Source: an uncultured Aminicenantes bacterium (lineage in GTDB: Bacteria > Acidobacteriota > Aminicenantia > UBA2199). Taken from it: 27,344 nt of DNA. Location: contig CBDAFS010000035.1 of assembly GCA_965195285.1 (NCBI GenBank), positions 1 to 27,344 of the forward strand, given 5' to 3'. Below are positions 25,733 through 27,344 of this stretch, piece after piece. A model generated the notes under the pieces. The model had not been told where the DNA came from. It was given only the letters and a program-made list of their open reading frames with translations, and did no database searches. Each line of letters opens with the position of its first letter. Within the stretch, counting starts at the first letter, position 1. Position numbers and translations under genes: made by a program.

Positions 25733-26296
25733 ATGAAAAAACTGCTGCTGCATATCTGCTGTGCACCTTGTGCGGTATATGTGTTTGCAAAGCTGAGCCA
25801 TGAATATGTAGTAACCGGGTTTTTTTACAATCCCAATATCCATCCCCGGGATGAATACCAATTCCGGAAAACCGAGATGGAAAAAATCGCCCAAAGGCAT
25901 GAATGGACAATCCTTTACGGGAATTATGATATGCACGAATGGTTTCAATGTATCAAGGGTCATGAAAAAGAACCGGAGCGGGGATCGAGATGCCCCCTCT
26001 GTTTCCGAATGCGGCTCCGAAAAACCTTTGAGCAGGCCCGGAAAGGGGGATTTGAGGTGGTGGCCTCCACCCTTTCCATCAGCCCTTACAAGGTCACCCA
26101 ACAGATCAACCAAGAGGGAATGCAATTGAGCCGGGAGTTTGGAATCGGATTCCTGCCGGAAAATTTTAAAAAACAGGACGGATTTAATATTTCCCGGCAA
26201 ATGGCCGGTGACCAGGGCATTCAACACCAGGATTACTGCGGCTGTGTGTATTCCAAAGCCGAAAAAATAATCAGGACCAGATCAAGGAAGGATTAA
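25733..26296 (+). CDS. queH: Epoxyqueuosine reductase QueH (DUF208)
   Basis: LLLHICCAPC, FFYNPNIHP..EY..R, EPERGSRCPLCF, STLSISPYK, QDYCGCVYS. Confidence 0.95.
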   Translation: MKKLLLHICCAPCAVYVFAKLSHEYVVTGFFYNPNIHPRDEYQFRKTEMEKIAQRHEWTILYGNYDMHEWFQCIKGHEKEPERGSRCPLCFRMRLRKTFEQARKGGFEVVASTLSISPYKVTQQINQEGMQLSREFGIGFLPENFKKQDGFNISRQMAGDQGIQHQDYCGCVYSKAEKIIRTRSRKD

Positions 26297-26307
26297 GATA
26301 TTTCAAT

Positions 26308-26336
26308 ACCCCTAAGCCTTCAGGCTCCGGGTTTTT
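26308..26336 (+). terminator. Possible intrinsic terminator after queH
   Basis: ACCC-cta-AGCC-ttca-GGCT-cc-GGGT hairpin with an internal loop followed by a T run, 11 nt after the queH stop, between convergent genes. Confidence 0.45.
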
Positions 26337-26373
26337 ATGACGCAGTCTTGGCCAATCGGGTTTTAATTTTGTT

Positions 26374-26760
26374 TTACTTGATCCCTGTCCTGCGCTTGAT
26401 TAGGGCATAAACAACGATCACCACCAAGGCAGTTGCCAAACTGACGATTCCGCCGCAACCACTTCCTCCCAGAGAATGAACCACCACCACTGAAATAATA
26501 CCGACAATGGCCGGGAAAGCAAATCCCCAGAAATAGGCAGGCCAGTATCCATACCCTTTCTTCCTGGCCAGGCTGCCTGACAGGGAGCCAAAGAGACCCA
26601 AAATACCCAGGCCTCCGGCATGAGAAAAAAAATAACCTGCCGGGCTATGACCTGAGAATACATAACCAAGAAAGCCCAAAATGATTACTCCGATAGCAAG
26701 CAGGAGTATTCTTCTCTCAAGACTGATATTGATCTTTGATTCTATTTTCGATTTATTCAT
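26374..26760 (-). CDS. Small membrane protein of unknown function (about 4 TM, Gly-rich)
   Basis: 128 aa; hydrophobic segments with a LARKKGYGYW loop; starts 1 nt after the upstream stop. Confidence 0.75.
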   Translation of the reverse strand: MNKSKIESKINISLERRILLLAIGVIILGFLGYVFSGHSPAGYFFSHAGGLGILGLFGSLSGSLARKKGYGYWPAYFWGFAFPAIVGIISVVVVHSLGGSGCGGIVSLATALVVIVVYALIKRRTGIK

Positions 26761-26761
26761 T

Positions 26762-27344
26762 TTATGACTGCTTGGAGGTTTTAAGGTTCTTCAGGAATAC
26801 CCATAACAATACAATGCTGATCAGGGCCAGGATGATGAAAATGCCGGCAACCGAGGTGTCATCGGCAATGTCTCTTACTTTCAACATGATGACCATTCCG
26901 GTAAGGGCAATGGCAAGGATAATTACGAACACCAGTGATACGGGTGTAAGAATATACCCCAGGCGGTGCCTTCTCATTAACAGTACGGCAGTAATAATCA
27001 GCCCGGGTAAAGCAATGGCCAAATCAATCACATGAACAGGATTTACCAATAAATGATAATCACTGACACTTTTGGGTACAACATTATCTAAAATTGCCGG
27101 GATAACATCTTTTAACCACAGGAAATAAAACAAGGCTGAGATGGTGATCAGATAGATTCCCATCAGTCGAACCGGTACCTTATCACCAAACCAGCTTTGT
27201 ACTTCCATTTTATTCAATTCAATCAAAATGAGGATAAAGGCATACAGAGACAATCCCAGAGTCAGGCAATACAGCAGGAACAAATTGTTGAAGTGAACCC
27301 CGAATGCATAGATAATAAATGAGTAAAGAATGTAAAACACGGTA
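26762..27344 (-). CDS. Multi-pass membrane protein of unknown function, 5'-truncated by the window edge
   Basis: The frame is open to the right edge (ACC GTG TTT...), so the 27340 start is probably internal; at least 6 TM; motifs YAFGVHFNNLFLLY and NPVHVIDLAIALP. Confidence 0.8.
   Translation of the reverse strand, partial: TVFYILYSFIIYAFGVHFNNLFLLYCLTLGLSLYAFILILIELNKMEVQSWFGDKVPVRLMGIYLITISALFYFLWLKDVIPAILDNVVPKSVSDYHLLVNPVHVIDLAIALPGLIITAVLLMRRHRLGYILTPVSLVFVIILAIALTGMVIMLKVRDIADDTSVAGIFIILALISIVLLWVFLKNLKTSKQS

Noticed and set aside
981-27035. The many 60-180 aa overlapping or antisense ORFs in the track (e.g. 21700-22239, 24276-24812, 25697-26227, 18835-19293)
   Set aside because: All lie mostly or wholly within motif-supported genes on the other strand or frame and have no protein-family features.
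1-27344. CRISPR arrays, tRNA/rRNA genes, IS elements, integrases, prophage genes, long direct or tandem repeats
   Set aside because: None seen. Intergenic gaps are all about 215 nt or shorter and no ORF has transposase, recombinase or phage motifs.

Overview
Mostly housekeeping chromosome from a bacterium of roughly 40-45% GC (eye estimate). The secreted VWA-like protein at 13850 suggests Acidobacteriota, probably Aminicenantia (inference). From left to right: (1) a low-GC left edge holding the first 19 codons of an Mrr-type restriction protein, missed by the ORF track, and a small membrane protein; (2) a tightly packed minus-strand run of purB, a macrodomain, a secreted SGNH-like protein and a four-gene ABC-2 exporter; (3) a GT2/GT4 glycosyltransferase pair; (4) a stand-alone GAF-like protein coupled to pyrE; (5) a HAL2/SAL1-type PAP phosphatase; (6) a second ABC exporter; (7) a degenerate VWA-like secreted protein, a UPF0158 protein and a FecR/Ig-like membrane protein; (8) mreBCD-mrdA-rodA continuing into a TIGR03960/TIGR03936 radical SAM fusion, a TrmH-family methyltransferase and queH; (9) two membrane proteins at the right edge. 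I found no rRNA, tRNA, CRISPR array, transposase or integrase. I cannot show a clearly new biological system. The best leads are the probable defence-island edge, the radical SAM fusion among RNA-modification genes, the purB-macro-SGNH-ABC unit, GAF-pyrE coupling, two apparently leaderless genes and strong CCGG enrichment. All family calls come from motifs recognised by eye, not from database searches.
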